Assembly: GCA_017511715.1 (NCBI GenBank)
Contig: JAFWJF010000001.1
Coordinates: 2,892-66,891, forward strand
Direction of reading: 5' to 3'
From: Alphaproteobacteria bacterium
Lineage (GTDB): Bacteria > Pseudomonadota > Alphaproteobacteria > Rs-D84
DNA: 64,000 nucleotides
This document shows positions 29,341-38,876 of this stretch, one piece after another; positions within the stretch are counted from its first letter, which is position 1, and the number at the start of each line of letters is the position of its first letter. Below the pieces are notes generated by a model that ran no database searches, was not told where the DNA came from, and saw only the letters and a list, made by a program, of their open reading frames with translations. A program made the position numbers and the translations under genes.

Positions 29341-29684
29341 AACTTTAATGGCAAATCACGTAAATCAATCGGAGCATTTTCAGATTCTGGAAGCCAACGA
29401 TATTTCGCAACATCTATTTTCCCGTCTTTGGTAAAACCAACGCCTTCTGCGCGCAACATTTTACGTTGAACTGCCGCCCATTGACCATCCCACAAACGTC
29501 CATCAGAAAAAGTTACGCGATGCCATGGTCGATTATCAGTTTCACAAACAGCGTTCATCGCATACCCCACAAAACGTGCAGCACGTGGTCGCCCCAGCAT
29601 TTTTGCAATATCGCCATAAGTGGCAACTCTTCCCTTTGGAATCTTTTCAACTATATCATAAACTTGTTCGTAAAAATTTTTCAT
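29337..29684 (-). CDS. atl: alkyltransferase-like protein (MGMT DNA-binding fold lacking the catalytic Cys: PWHRV)
   Basis: GRVATYGDIA...RAARFVG...PWHRV, where the canonical motif is PCHRV. Confidence 0.75.
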   Translation of the reverse strand: MKNFYEQVYDIVEKIPKGRVATYGDIAKMLGRPRAARFVGYAMNAVCETDNRPWHRVTFSDGRLWDGQWAAVQRKMLRAEGVGFTKDGKIDVAKYRWLPESENAPIDLRDLPLKF

Positions 29685-29713
29685 TTTTTATAAAACCGGT
29701 ATAAAAATTCAAT

Positions 29714-31141
29714 CTATTCTCTACCTTGGTACACAGTGTTCGAATAACCAAAACTGTGTTTTAATTTTTCAACCAATTTATTATAGTCCGGTTTTTTTGT
29801 TAATTTTTCACGCCATGCATTATACTCTGCAGATAAACGGGTTGTGTGTTTGCGAAAACTATCAGATAAATTCTTGTCAAAATCTGCCATAGTATTTATC
29901 TTAGACAATCTCTTTAATTCATCTGTTGCCCTTTTTTGCCATTTTTTTGCTTCTTCGATTTCAGTATTTTTACGTGCTTCATCGGGAAAACGCCAAGAAG
30001 GTATTTCTTCCTCTAGTCTACGCGTAGCGTTTTCTAAATCAAATTGGGCATTTACCCTTTCTGCGGACACGAGTTCCATAAATTGTGTTTCATACAATTT
30101 CATGAAATCAATCGGCGTATTGTTCATAATGCTGCGTTTTATTTCTGAAACAAATATCTGGGGTAACCCAGACGGTGTAGAAATGCTATCAACCAAAGAG
30201 CCTATGGTTGCAGCATTCATTATGCCACCATCTTTTTTGGTTAAAGATTCACCTTTTAGATACATGTAAACGCATTCGGACAAATTATCCATCTGGCAGT
30301 ATAACGAATAAGAATGTCCTTTGTTTGATGTGGCGCCTTTAATCCCCGCGGCAGTTGCGGCTTCGTATATAGCTACAACAGGTTCGCTGCCATCGCTGGT
30401 CGCAACTAATTCATGAAAATGCATCTTTTCCATCGCCATATGAACAACTGCATCGCGCAAAAAGTGTGACAAAATATCGAAACGACTTTCTTCAAACAGC
30501 CCACGCAAAAAAGCCTTTTTGTCTTTGGCAGAATCGTACATTTTCTTTACGCGTTCATCGAACCTAAATTCTTCTTCTACTTCATAATCTTTCAAATCAC
30601 CGTTTTTGTATTTTTCATATGTTGCACGATCGCTATCGTTCAGCATCTTTAATATTGTTTCAACTTCCTCTTCGGTATAATTATCGCGTTTGTATGTTGC
30701 GCCATGTTCATCAATTTTGAACAGAACATCATTAGATGGGCGAATAACAAAAGTGCTTTTTGGCAAGACCAATCCACGCTCTGGATTTGTTGACCAGTAT
30801 GTATCAACCGCGGCAATTTCTGCGGGATTACCGTTTTCTTTGACTATGTCTTTATAGGGGGACAAAATTACAATCGGCATATCATCCCAAGAACCCGATC
30901 CATGTGCTTTTACAACATGGTTTAATGTTGTATGAACAGTAGCACGCGGAAGGTCAAAATTCGTAGCCATTCCCGTTGATTGAATAAACATCAAACCGTC
31001 CGAATTTTTATGCGGCATATATTTTGTAGCATGAACGACACACCAATTATTCATATCAGACATATATTCTTCATCAGCATAATTTTTTTGTAATTTCTCT
31101 ACTGCCTGTCTAAAAAGCTCTATTCTATTCATAAAAATCAC
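29714..31141 (-). CDS. hypothetical protein (475 aa), lineage-specific
   Basis: Long intact ORF with no recognised motifs. Ends just before tRNA-Ser(CGA). Confidence 0.5.
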   Translation of the reverse strand: MIFMNRIELFRQAVEKLQKNYADEEYMSDMNNWCVVHATKYMPHKNSDGLMFIQSTGMATNFDLPRATVHTTLNHVVKAHGSGSWDDMPIVILSPYKDIVKENGNPAEIAAVDTYWSTNPERGLVLPKSTFVIRPSNDVLFKIDEHGATYKRDNYTEEEVETILKMLNDSDRATYEKYKNGDLKDYEVEEEFRFDERVKKMYDSAKDKKAFLRGLFEESRFDILSHFLRDAVVHMAMEKMHFHELVATSDGSEPVVAIYEAATAAGIKGATSNKGHSYSLYCQMDNLSECVYMYLKGESLTKKDGGIMNAATIGSLVDSISTPSGLPQIFVSEIKRSIMNNTPIDFMKLYETQFMELVSAERVNAQFDLENATRRLEEEIPSWRFPDEARKNTEIEEAKKWQKRATDELKRLSKINTMADFDKNLSDSFRKHTTRLSAEYNAWREKLTKKPDYNKLVEKLKHSFGYSNTVYQGRE

Positions 31142-31263
31142 CTTTCTTTGATAAGAATTATATCAAAAATCACGCAAAAAAGCAATCCGAATAACCGGTA
31201 AAAGAATTAACGCAAAAGCATTTGATTTTTTATCGAAAACAGTTATAATACCAACACACAGAC

Positions 31264-31354
31264 GGAGATGTGGCAGAGCTGGTTGAATGCGCGTGACTCG
31301 AAATCACGTATACGGGCAACCGTATCGGGGGTTCGAACCCCTCCATCTCCGCCA
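31264..31354 (+). tRNA. tRNA-Ser (anticodon CGA)
   Basis: ggagatgtggcagagctggttgaatgcgcgtgactCGAaatcacgtatacgggcaaccgtatcgggggttcgaacccctccatctccgcca. Long variable arm, CCA encoded. Confidence 0.85.
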
Positions 31355-31369
31355 GAAAAAAGGTTGTTT

Positions 31370-31948
31370 ATGAACAAAAATTTGCACGATATTATTTTTT
31401 CAATATACGAATATTTTGGCAAGGATAGAGAAAAACTTGATGAGGCGCGGTCCGAATTTTACCGTATTGGCGAAGCCAACCCACGTGTAGCCCTTATGTT
31501 ATATCGAGCATTATTGACAGATTATATAAACCAAAAAAAGAAAAAAATTGCTTTAGCCGATACAATGCGAATATATTTGATAGTTTCTACTAACGCAGAC
31601 TTTTATCTGATACACCCTATTGATGCATTGTCCATGCCAGAAGCAGATAAGTTCTATGAAACATATCACATAAGATATCCGCGTTCATCAACCATATCAA
31701 AAATCTTAATTAACATGAACAGATTTGATTCTGACAAACCAAAAGGCAAACTAGATTTTAAGAACAAATTGCGCGTAAAATATACAGTAAAAGATTCAAA
31801 CTATCCACACTCGTTCAATAAAAGGATGTTTTTACTGAATAAAAATCGCATCAGCAAAGATACCGTATATAAGAAATTAAGCGGATTAAACAAATTTTTC
31901 ATAGCACAAGCCTATAAAAAATACTTGAAAAAACAAAAATCTTTGTAA
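31370..31948 (+). CDS. hypothetical protein inside the tRNA-Ser islet
   Basis: 192-aa ORF (MNKNLHDIIF...) lying between the tRNA and the duplicated tRNA 3' end. Confidence 0.4.
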   Translation: MNKNLHDIIFSIYEYFGKDREKLDEARSEFYRIGEANPRVALMLYRALLTDYINQKKKKIALADTMRIYLIVSTNADFYLIHPIDALSMPEADKFYETYHIRYPRSSTISKILINMNRFDSDKPKGKLDFKNKLRVKYTVKDSNYPHSFNKRMFLLNKNRISKDTVYKKLSGLNKFFIAQAYKKYLKKQKSL

Positions 31949-31962
31949 AAAGAAATCACACA

Positions 31963-32108
31963 TCAAAATCATATGAATTAACAGATTTTACAATCGCATC
32001 AACCAATTTGTTTTGATGAGAATCTGATTTTAATAATTTTTCTTCGTTTTTGTTGGACAAATGCCCCAGTTCTATCAATGCACCCGGTACAGTCGAACGC
32101 AATACTGG
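31963..32108. repeat. direct duplicate of the 3' end of amiC (~145 bp, one mismatch), partner at 33898-34042
   Basis: tcaaaatcatatgaattaacagattttacaatcgcatcaacc...cgaacgcaatactg present twice. Confidence 0.85.
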
Positions 32109-32258
32109 TCATTTTTTATTTATCGTGTATGGGTATGGGGTTAGACGCTACAACGAAGTTGTTGGGTTCGACAAGCAGTAGGTTTTGGAAGCAAGGCGCA
32201 CCAAAACCGTTACGATTGCCCCGCAGGCGAAAGCCGAGGAAATCCTCCATCTCCGCCA
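32109..32258 (+). mobile_element. tRNA-3'-end-associated repeat element (short variant) ending in a duplicated tRNA-Ser(CGA) 3' end
   Basis: Core caacgaagttgttgggttcgacaagcagtaggttttggaagcaaggcgcaccaaaaccgttacgattgcc, about 85% identical to the reverse complement of 2664-2760. The final 15 nt cctccatctccgcca equal 31340-31354. Confidence 0.7.
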
Positions 32259-32288
32259 TAAATAAAAAAAGACACAAACCGGTCTTTT

Positions 32289-33875
32289 TTATCTGCTGTT
32301 GTCAGGAATTGTCTTGTCCTGTGTTTTTGTAGTTGTTTTTTTTAACAGTTTTTTTACTGCATTTTTCAATTTTTCTTTTTTGCTTTCCCCTTGCATTTTC
32401 AATTTCAGTTCGTTTGCGAAATCTTTAAACTTTTCATGCAAAACAATTGATACTTTGTGAGGTTCTGGTTTCACAAAAATATTATCACTCCATAAAAAAT
32501 CACTCCCTATTCCTTTAACATTTGGCAGATTTATCGACTTTAAGTTTGTATTTTCAGTTAAAAATTCATCGCCAATATCTTCTACTTTCGGTAAACTTAT
32601 TGATGTTAACATTTTATTGTAATACAAGAATCTATTACCAATTTTTTCAACTTTTGGCATGTTTATTGATGTTAATATTTCGTTATTTTCCAAGAAATAG
32701 TCGCCAATTCTTTTTACAGATGGCAAATCTATTGATGTCAATGCGTTATTAGAATTTAAGAAATGCATACCGATTTGTTCGACCTTTGGTAGCGCTATTG
32801 ATGATAACATCTTGTTCTTCACTAAGAAATCACAACCAATTTTCTTAACATTTGGTAAATTTATTGTTGTTAAACTTTTGTTGTGTTCTAAAAAAACGTC
32901 TTTAATTTTTTCTGTTGTAGCTAAATCTAATTCTATAATCTGCCCTTTGAATATTACAATACGATTGCCGTCCAGTGTGGATAACGTCGTTTCTTTTGTT
33001 ATTTTGTTATATGTTCTGGTAACTTTTTTCCCGTTAAATGCCAGATAAAAAACATCAAATGTTGTGCCGTAATCAATTGGTGAAGTTATTGTTTTATCTT
33101 TATCATTATAAATCATGCCATCAAACATGATTTCGCGGTCTTTGTTCAATCGTGTAATTGTGCCACCAGTAAAATAATAATCGTCACCGATGTAAATGTT
33201 GTCTCTTTCAAAACTGTACCAGACCAACTGGTCATTAACCCAAACATAGTTATTTGGCATTTTAATATCAGAAACATTGAATTCTACATCAAAGAATTTT
33301 CGCAATGAATTTGTAAGTCCCGGGATGATATTATCTGGGTTATTACCGAATGTTGCATCTGGATTGTTTACTGTATGGTTATAACGATTTTTAATAGATA
33401 TAAATCCACCACCCTTTGCAATTTGAATTGATATAACAGATGTTCCGTATTCGTCTTCGCGTTCTGGATTTGCGGATGGTTTTATTTTGTCTGCGCCACG
33501 TTTTACCGCATGAATTATATAAAAGTTTTCATGCCTATTGGGGTCACTGAAAGTACATAATTCTTCGCCGGGGCGATAATATTTTTTTATTGAATCTTTT
33601 TGTTTTTTACTTTCAACTATAAACGCGTCATAGCCCGCTTCATCTAACAATTCTAACGGCTTTTTATCTGTGGTATATTGGGATGCAGACATTATTTTAC
33701 ATTTAGACCGGATTGTTGGTATCAATCTTTCTAGATCTTCTAATTGTGTAAATTCTAATATGTGTTCAATATTTGGAACATCCAGCAATTCGGCATTGCG
33801 AAGAATCTTGGCAAAACGTTCACCGCGATGCTTTTTAATATTTTTAAAAACTTCGGCTGTATCTATTTCTTTCAT
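32289..33875 (-). CDS. BspA-type leucine-rich repeat protein with unknown N-terminal domain
   Basis: C-terminal tandem repeats of about 23 aa (LPNVKKIGCDFLVKNKMLSSIALPKVEQIGMHFL...). No signal peptide. Confidence 0.7.
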   Translation of the reverse strand: MKEIDTAEVFKNIKKHRGERFAKILRNAELLDVPNIEHILEFTQLEDLERLIPTIRSKCKIMSASQYTTDKKPLELLDEAGYDAFIVESKKQKDSIKKYYRPGEELCTFSDPNRHENFYIIHAVKRGADKIKPSANPEREDEYGTSVISIQIAKGGGFISIKNRYNHTVNNPDATFGNNPDNIIPGLTNSLRKFFDVEFNVSDIKMPNNYVWVNDQLVWYSFERDNIYIGDDYYFTGGTITRLNKDREIMFDGMIYNDKDKTITSPIDYGTTFDVFYLAFNGKKVTRTYNKITKETTLSTLDGNRIVIFKGQIIELDLATTEKIKDVFLEHNKSLTTINLPNVKKIGCDFLVKNKMLSSIALPKVEQIGMHFLNSNNALTSIDLPSVKRIGDYFLENNEILTSINMPKVEKIGNRFLYYNKMLTSISLPKVEDIGDEFLTENTNLKSINLPNVKGIGSDFLWSDNIFVKPEPHKVSIVLHEKFKDFANELKLKMQGESKKEKLKNAVKKLLKKTTTKTQDKTIPDNSR

Positions 33876-33890
33876 TTTGTTATTCTCTTT

Positions 33891-35084
33891 TTAAACGTCA
33901 AAATCATATGAATTAACAGATTTTACAATCGCATCAACCAATTTGTTTTGATGAGAATCTGATTTTAATAATTTTTCTTCGTTTTTGTTGGACAAATGCC
34001 CCAGTTCTATCAACGCACCCGGTACAGTCGAACGCAATACTGCAAATGGCGCATGACGGACAGATGGGCCTTTTTGTTGTTCTATGCTTGCGCGATTAAA
34101 CGATTTAGCACATCCATTTGCGTATTCTTCGCTTAATTCTGCAACAGCACGTTGTTGCAGTGAAGACAAGGCAACACGAATATCTTTGGAAAATTGTTCA
34201 AATCCGTTAACATCTATTTTATCCGCAGCATTTTCTGAATCTGCCAATTTTTGCGCTTCTTCGTCTGATGCTTTTTCAGACAAAGTATAAATTGAAAAGC
34301 CCTTCATGTCACGACTTGGGTTTGCGTTTGCATGCAAAGAAATGAATAAATCGGCGTGTTTCTTTTCGGCAAATTCTGCGCGTTCTGCCAATTTAAGAAA
34401 AGTATCATTAGAACGAGTCAGGTATGTTTTGTATCCGTTTGCTTCCAGTTTGCTTTTCAGTTTTTTTGCGACAGACAAAACAACCGTTTTTTCTTGTGTG
34501 CCACCACGCCCTGTACATCCCGGGTCTTTGCCACCATGTCCAGGATCAATAACTATGACACGTTTCGCAGAATTATTATTTGTTGTTGATTTTGTTTCTG
34601 ACTTTGTTGCTGTTTTTGCAGTCGTTGTTGATACGGGGGCTGATACGTCTATTCCGCGCCCTGTCCCGGCAGCAAAATCAATAACCAACCGATAATCGTT
34701 ATCGCCATTTGGTTCCAGAATCATTATTTGTTTTTTATCAATCGCGTCTATAAGCCCAGATAATGCACACAACACCTGTAATTTCGTACCATCTTGAATT
34801 TGGGTGACGCGCTTTATCATTGTGTCGTTTGCCAGTTTTGGCTGTATACTGCTGCTGCCCGAAGTGTTTGACAGATTTACAATTAACTGTTTGTCACCAT
34901 AAGATAAATCATATACTGGACGTGAAGAAGTTTCGATTACTAATCGTGTCTTGCCGCCTGGTTGCAGACCTGTTCTTATTGAACGCACCGCATTCGGTGC
35001 AGAAAAAGCAACACGTGGTGCAATCCCAACGACTAACGCACTGAAACTAACTGTCCTTAAAAGTTGTCTGCGACTTAATTTCAT
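33891..35084 (-). CDS. amiC: N-acetylmuramoyl-L-alanine amidase (AmiC-like; Tat signal, AMIN and Amidase_3 domains)
   Basis: Tat motif SRRQLLRTVSF and amidase core VIVIDPGHGGKDPG...LFISLHANA. The ORF could start at 35132. Confidence 0.9.
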   Translation of the reverse strand: MKLSRRQLLRTVSFSALVVGIAPRVAFSAPNAVRSIRTGLQPGGKTRLVIETSSRPVYDLSYGDKQLIVNLSNTSGSSSIQPKLANDTMIKRVTQIQDGTKLQVLCALSGLIDAIDKKQIMILEPNGDNDYRLVIDFAAGTGRGIDVSAPVSTTTAKTATKSETKSTTNNNSAKRVIVIDPGHGGKDPGCTGRGGTQEKTVVLSVAKKLKSKLEANGYKTYLTRSNDTFLKLAERAEFAEKKHADLFISLHANANPSRDMKGFSIYTLSEKASDEEAQKLADSENAADKIDVNGFEQFSKDIRVALSSLQQRAVAELSEEYANGCAKSFNRASIEQQKGPSVRHAPFAVLRSTVPGALIELGHLSNKNEEKLLKSDSHQNKLVDAIVKSVNSYDFDV

Positions 35085-35162
35085 GAGAATCATTATATCA
35101 AAAAAAAGACATGGTTTCAAGAAAAGTTGCAATAAAAAAAACCGCCACTGTGGCGGTTTGAT

Positions 35163-36413
35163 TTATCTGTTTATACAATTCGCAAACGATTGAGATATTA
35201 TTGATGTTTCTGTTGGCGTCAATGTTTGGACTGGCACGACATAACACCGCGAACTGTCGCGAATAACAAAGACTTTTGTGCCCATTTTATATGCATTTTG
35301 CATATTTGTCATTTGTGCAGAACTTAAAAATGAATTTGGCGTTGTCAATGCGTTGTTAGAAAGTCCAGCGTTCACAACTTGCTGTGCGCTTGCATAATCA
35401 TAGATTTCGGACATAGATGTTACTTCCATATATACCGACCAGTTTCCAGGTTTTTCAATTGACGGTTCTGTTGCCGCAGGAAATGCAACGTTTGCCATTA
35501 TCGCAACAGCGTTTTGTAAGTTAGGTGTCGTATTTGTTGTGGTTGGGTGTGCCACCTGATTCAACTGTAAATTATCACCACACGCTAAATTCATACGATT
35601 TGTATAACTTGCCAAAACAGCATCGACAGCGGCCTCCCAATTTGCACCTTTGGAATTCAGGTCAAGGCTTACTATCTTTTCTGCCCAACCCCAAATGCTT
35701 GCCCCTACATTTCCAGCATTAGCAAAACGAGTCACCATTTCGGCCGAACCACCCGCGACACCCGCACCACAATAATCTGTTAATTGCGTTGTTAACATGC
35801 TGTTGGTTTCGTTTCCATATGCCAACGCCACAGAATGACATGCCATGGCGGCTTCTAATTCGCGTCTACGTTGTACACACAAATCAGAATGAGATTTTGT
35901 CAGTTTGTCCGCCATATTTGCCATTGACAAATAAGACATCAATTCTTGTTGGACATAAGACGGGCAAAGACGTGCCGCTGTATTCATCCCGCCAGAACCG
36001 TTTTTAGTGATAGTATTATATTGTGGCAACAAAATTGAAGTATCTTTCTGCAAACAGAGTAATGTATAGTTATATAATTCACTTTCTGTTGCATACATAC
36101 AACGCCCAGAAGTTTTTCCCGGAACAATTGTTGTGTCCCCACAATAATCGGTTAAACAATTCATAATCTTTTGACGACATGCAGTATCAACATCAGGCTG
36201 GGTTATCATAAAATAAGTATTTCGTTGATTTTGTATGTATGCGTTAACCACACCATTTTGACCACGTGATCCGGCATTAGAATAACCAGTTGATGTAGTA
36301 TAAATAGTGGCACGCCCACCATCGTTTGCAACCGTTCCTGCAGATATTGCCATTGCCGCGCCAGACATTAAAAATGCGCCAACACAACCAAATGTTAACA
36401 AGCTTTTTTTCAT
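35163..36413 (-). CDS. secreted hypothetical protein (416 aa, Cys-containing)
   Basis: Signal peptide MKKSLLTFGCVGAFLMSGAAMA. Confidence 0.5.
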   Translation of the reverse strand: MKKSLLTFGCVGAFLMSGAAMAISAGTVANDGGRATIYTTSTGYSNAGSRGQNGVVNAYIQNQRNTYFMITQPDVDTACRQKIMNCLTDYCGDTTIVPGKTSGRCMYATESELYNYTLLCLQKDTSILLPQYNTITKNGSGGMNTAARLCPSYVQQELMSYLSMANMADKLTKSHSDLCVQRRRELEAAMACHSVALAYGNETNSMLTTQLTDYCGAGVAGGSAEMVTRFANAGNVGASIWGWAEKIVSLDLNSKGANWEAAVDAVLASYTNRMNLACGDNLQLNQVAHPTTTNTTPNLQNAVAIMANVAFPAATEPSIEKPGNWSVYMEVTSMSEIYDYASAQQVVNAGLSNNALTTPNSFLSSAQMTNMQNAYKMGTKVFVIRDSSRCYVVPVQTLTPTETSIISQSFANCINR

Positions 36414-36532
36414 GAAAAATCCCTCTCTGTTGAAGATATTCTATCATATTTTACACCCCAACGCAATAAAACTTTCATGAAAAAATATAAAAAAGTTGAT
36501 TTAAGCCAATAAACTGATATATTTTTACTGTT

Positions 36533-37604
36533 ATGGTGATTAACAATGAAGTTTTAAATCAAATTGCCGACGACATTTCTGCCGTAAGGGGGTTTCTTTG
36601 ACCCCGAAAAAATTCAATCTGAAATCAACAAATTAAACGATATTTCTAATAAGCCTGATTTATGGGACAAACCGGACGAAGCCCGCAGTGTTTTGCAGAA
36701 AAAATCAAATTTAGAAAAACAGTTGGCTGAATTAAATAGTTTAGAAAACGAATACAAAAATTTGGTTGATTTGTACGATTTGTCGCCAGGAGATCCAGAT
36801 ATCAACAAAGCAGTATCAGAATTGGCGCAATCTGCACACAAAGCAAAATTTATCACTCTATTTAGCGACCCAATGGACAACAACGGCGCGTTTTTATTTA
36901 TTCAGTCCGGTGCGGGTGGTACCGAAGCGCAAGATTGGGCACAAATGTTGTCGCGCATGTACACGCGTTGGTGCGAAAGACATGGTTTTGCTATCGAAGT
37001 TGTCGAAGAACACCCCGGCGATGTCGCAGGTATAAAAAGTATTACGTTCAGAATATCTGGCGAGCGTGCATTTGGTTGGCTGAAAAACGAAATTGGCGTG
37101 CACAGGTTGGTTCGCATATCACCGTTTAACGCAAACGGAAAACGCCAAACCAGTTTTGCTTCGGTTGATGTATGGCCTGATGTTGACGATTCAATAGAAA
37201 TTGAAATAAACGAAAAAGATTTGCGCATTGATACATATCGTGCCAGCGGCGCAGGCGGGCAGCATGTTAACAAGACAGATTCCGCGGTTCGCATAACTCA
37301 TATTCCTACAAATACTGTGGTTACTTGTCAGAACGAACGCAGTCAAATTCAGAACAAAGATATGGCGATGAAAATGTTGCGTTCTAAATTGTACGAACTT
37401 GAAATGCAGAAACGTGCCGCAGAAGAGGATGCAGCAAAAGCCGCCCAAAAGAAAATTGAATGGGGCAGTCAAATAAGAAACTATGTCCTTTATCCATATC
37501 AGTTGGTCAAAGATGTGCGAACAAACGTGGAAAAGACAGATTCTGCCGCGGTTTTAGACGGTGATCTGGATGATTTTATGTTGGCAATGTTGCAACAAGA
37601 GTAA
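36533..37604 (+). CDS. prfB: peptide chain release factor 2 with programmed +1 ribosomal frameshift
   Basis: Frame 0 reads MVINNEVLNQIADDISAVRGFL, then an in-frame TGA at 36599. The +1 frame continues DPEKIQSEINK... into the main ORF, which carries the SPF and GGQ (RASGAGGQHVNKTDSAVRI) motifs. Confidence 0.85.
36585..36602 (+). promoter_or_regulatory. prfB +1 frameshift site (internal SD-like AGGGGG, CTT TGA C slippery context)
   Basis: taagggggtttctttgac parallels the E. coli AGGGGGUAUCUUUGAC site. Confidence 0.8.
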
Positions 37605-37608
37605 ACAC

Positions 37609-38415
37609 ATGAAAAAACTATCTGAAGAATTTTGTTATAACGCGATAAGGGGAACATTTCCAGGCGCGAACAAAATAAGAATTCCGGCTGTTCCGGGGCA
37701 TGTCGCAAAAGTTTTTATTTTTAAGATTAACAATGGTTCGCGCGTATGTCGTTTTAATGAAAAAACACTTGTTATGCGCAATCAAAAACTGACGAAAATG
37801 TTGGTTGATTATGGGGTTCCAATAAAAACAACTCAGGTTCACACTTTCCAAGGACAATATTTTGAATCTTATGAATACGACCCACACAAAACATTGGCAG
37901 AATGCGAAACTGAAATGTCTGATGATGAGATTATAAATGCGTATAAAAGTGCATTGCGCATTCAGGCGCATTTGGCATTATTTCCGTTGCAACAGTTTAA
38001 TCAGATAGATAAATCTCACTTTATGGATGTGTATAAAATAACTATGACTAAATGTATAAACAACTATATGATGCAATATTTGTATCGCGCTGTTTATAAG
38101 CGTTTTTCTGTTGGCAAAAATATGTGTGTAGCACATACTGATTTGACACCCGCAAATATGTTGGTATCAGACAATCATAATGATATCGTACGACTTATTG
38201 ATTTTGATGCTATTTCGATTTGCAATGAAAATATGGCTGTTTTCAGTGCGTTACGCTTATACCCATTATCTAGTGCAAAAGAACTTGTTGAATATTATCA
38301 AGACATATCAGGACACAAATTAAACTATCGCGAGATTATGTTTATGTTGAAACTGTTCAAAGGAACCCTGGACTTTCGCAAACGGCTAAATGACATTTCG
38401 TTCAGACAGCATTAG
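37609..38415 (+). CDS. phosphotransferase (APH / choline-kinase-like) family protein
   Basis: Brenner motif HTDLTPANMLV and RLIDFDA (DFD). Confidence 0.65.
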   Translation: MKKLSEEFCYNAIRGTFPGANKIRIPAVPGHVAKVFIFKINNGSRVCRFNEKTLVMRNQKLTKMLVDYGVPIKTTQVHTFQGQYFESYEYDPHKTLAECETEMSDDEIINAYKSALRIQAHLALFPLQQFNQIDKSHFMDVYKITMTKCINNYMMQYLYRAVYKRFSVGKNMCVAHTDLTPANMLVSDNHNDIVRLIDFDAISICNENMAVFSALRLYPLSSAKELVEYYQDISGHKLNYREIMFMLKLFKGTLDFRKRLNDISFRQH

Positions 38416-38458
38416 TTTCTTGCTTTTGTATGTTAAATATTTATAATTAGATTGATTT

Positions 38459-38535
38459 GCACCCATAGCACAACTGGATAATGCGTTGGCCTCCGAAGCC
38501 AAAGATTGCAGGTTCGAGTCCCGCTGGGTGCGCCA
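38459..38535 (+). tRNA. tRNA-Arg (anticodon CCG)
   Basis: gcacccatagcacaactggataatgcgttggcctCCGaagccaaagattgcaggttcgagtcccgctgggtgcgcca. Confidence 0.85.
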
Positions 38536-38539
38536 TGAA

Positions 38540-38572
38540 TAAAAAAAGACCCAGCAGGGTCTGTTTTTTATT
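38540..38572 (+). terminator. rho-independent terminator after tRNA-Arg
   Basis: aaaaaaagacccagcagggtctgtttttt. Confidence 0.6.
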
Positions 38573-38575
38573 CAC

Positions 38576-38712
38576 TTATGAAGCACCGCGGGACAGGTCA
38601 GAGCGAAGCGCATGACCAATCCGCAGATAAACAATTAAGAAAATATTAAAAAATCGACGTTCACGAGATTTTTTTGATTTTATTTATTGTTTATCAAGGG
38701 CTGGGTGCGCCA
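38576..38712 (+). mobile_element. tRNA-associated repeat element (long variant) ending in a duplicated tRNA-Arg 3' end
   Basis: 38622-38697 is about 85% identical to 18667-18742. The upstream part is a diverged version of the core (aagcgca..acc.a.ccgcag). It ends with gctgggtgcgcca, equal to 38523-38535. Confidence 0.6.
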
Positions 38713-38876
38713 CAAATAAAAAGCCGGTCTTTTAATTATTTTTTTATATAAAAATGCGTCAAAAAGGCCGGCAACAAAAACAAACTGTTTTTTTAATTTT
38801 TTGCGTTATATCAATCAGAAATCGCATGTTATTAAAGCAAAAAATAAAACCGGTTGTTCAACCGGTTTTTATCTGC

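Noticed and set aside
31268-31369. N-terminal 34 codons of ORF 31268-31948 overlapping tRNA-Ser
   Set aside because: The ORF track begins inside the tRNA gene. The real CDS most likely starts at the Met at 31370, after the tRNA.
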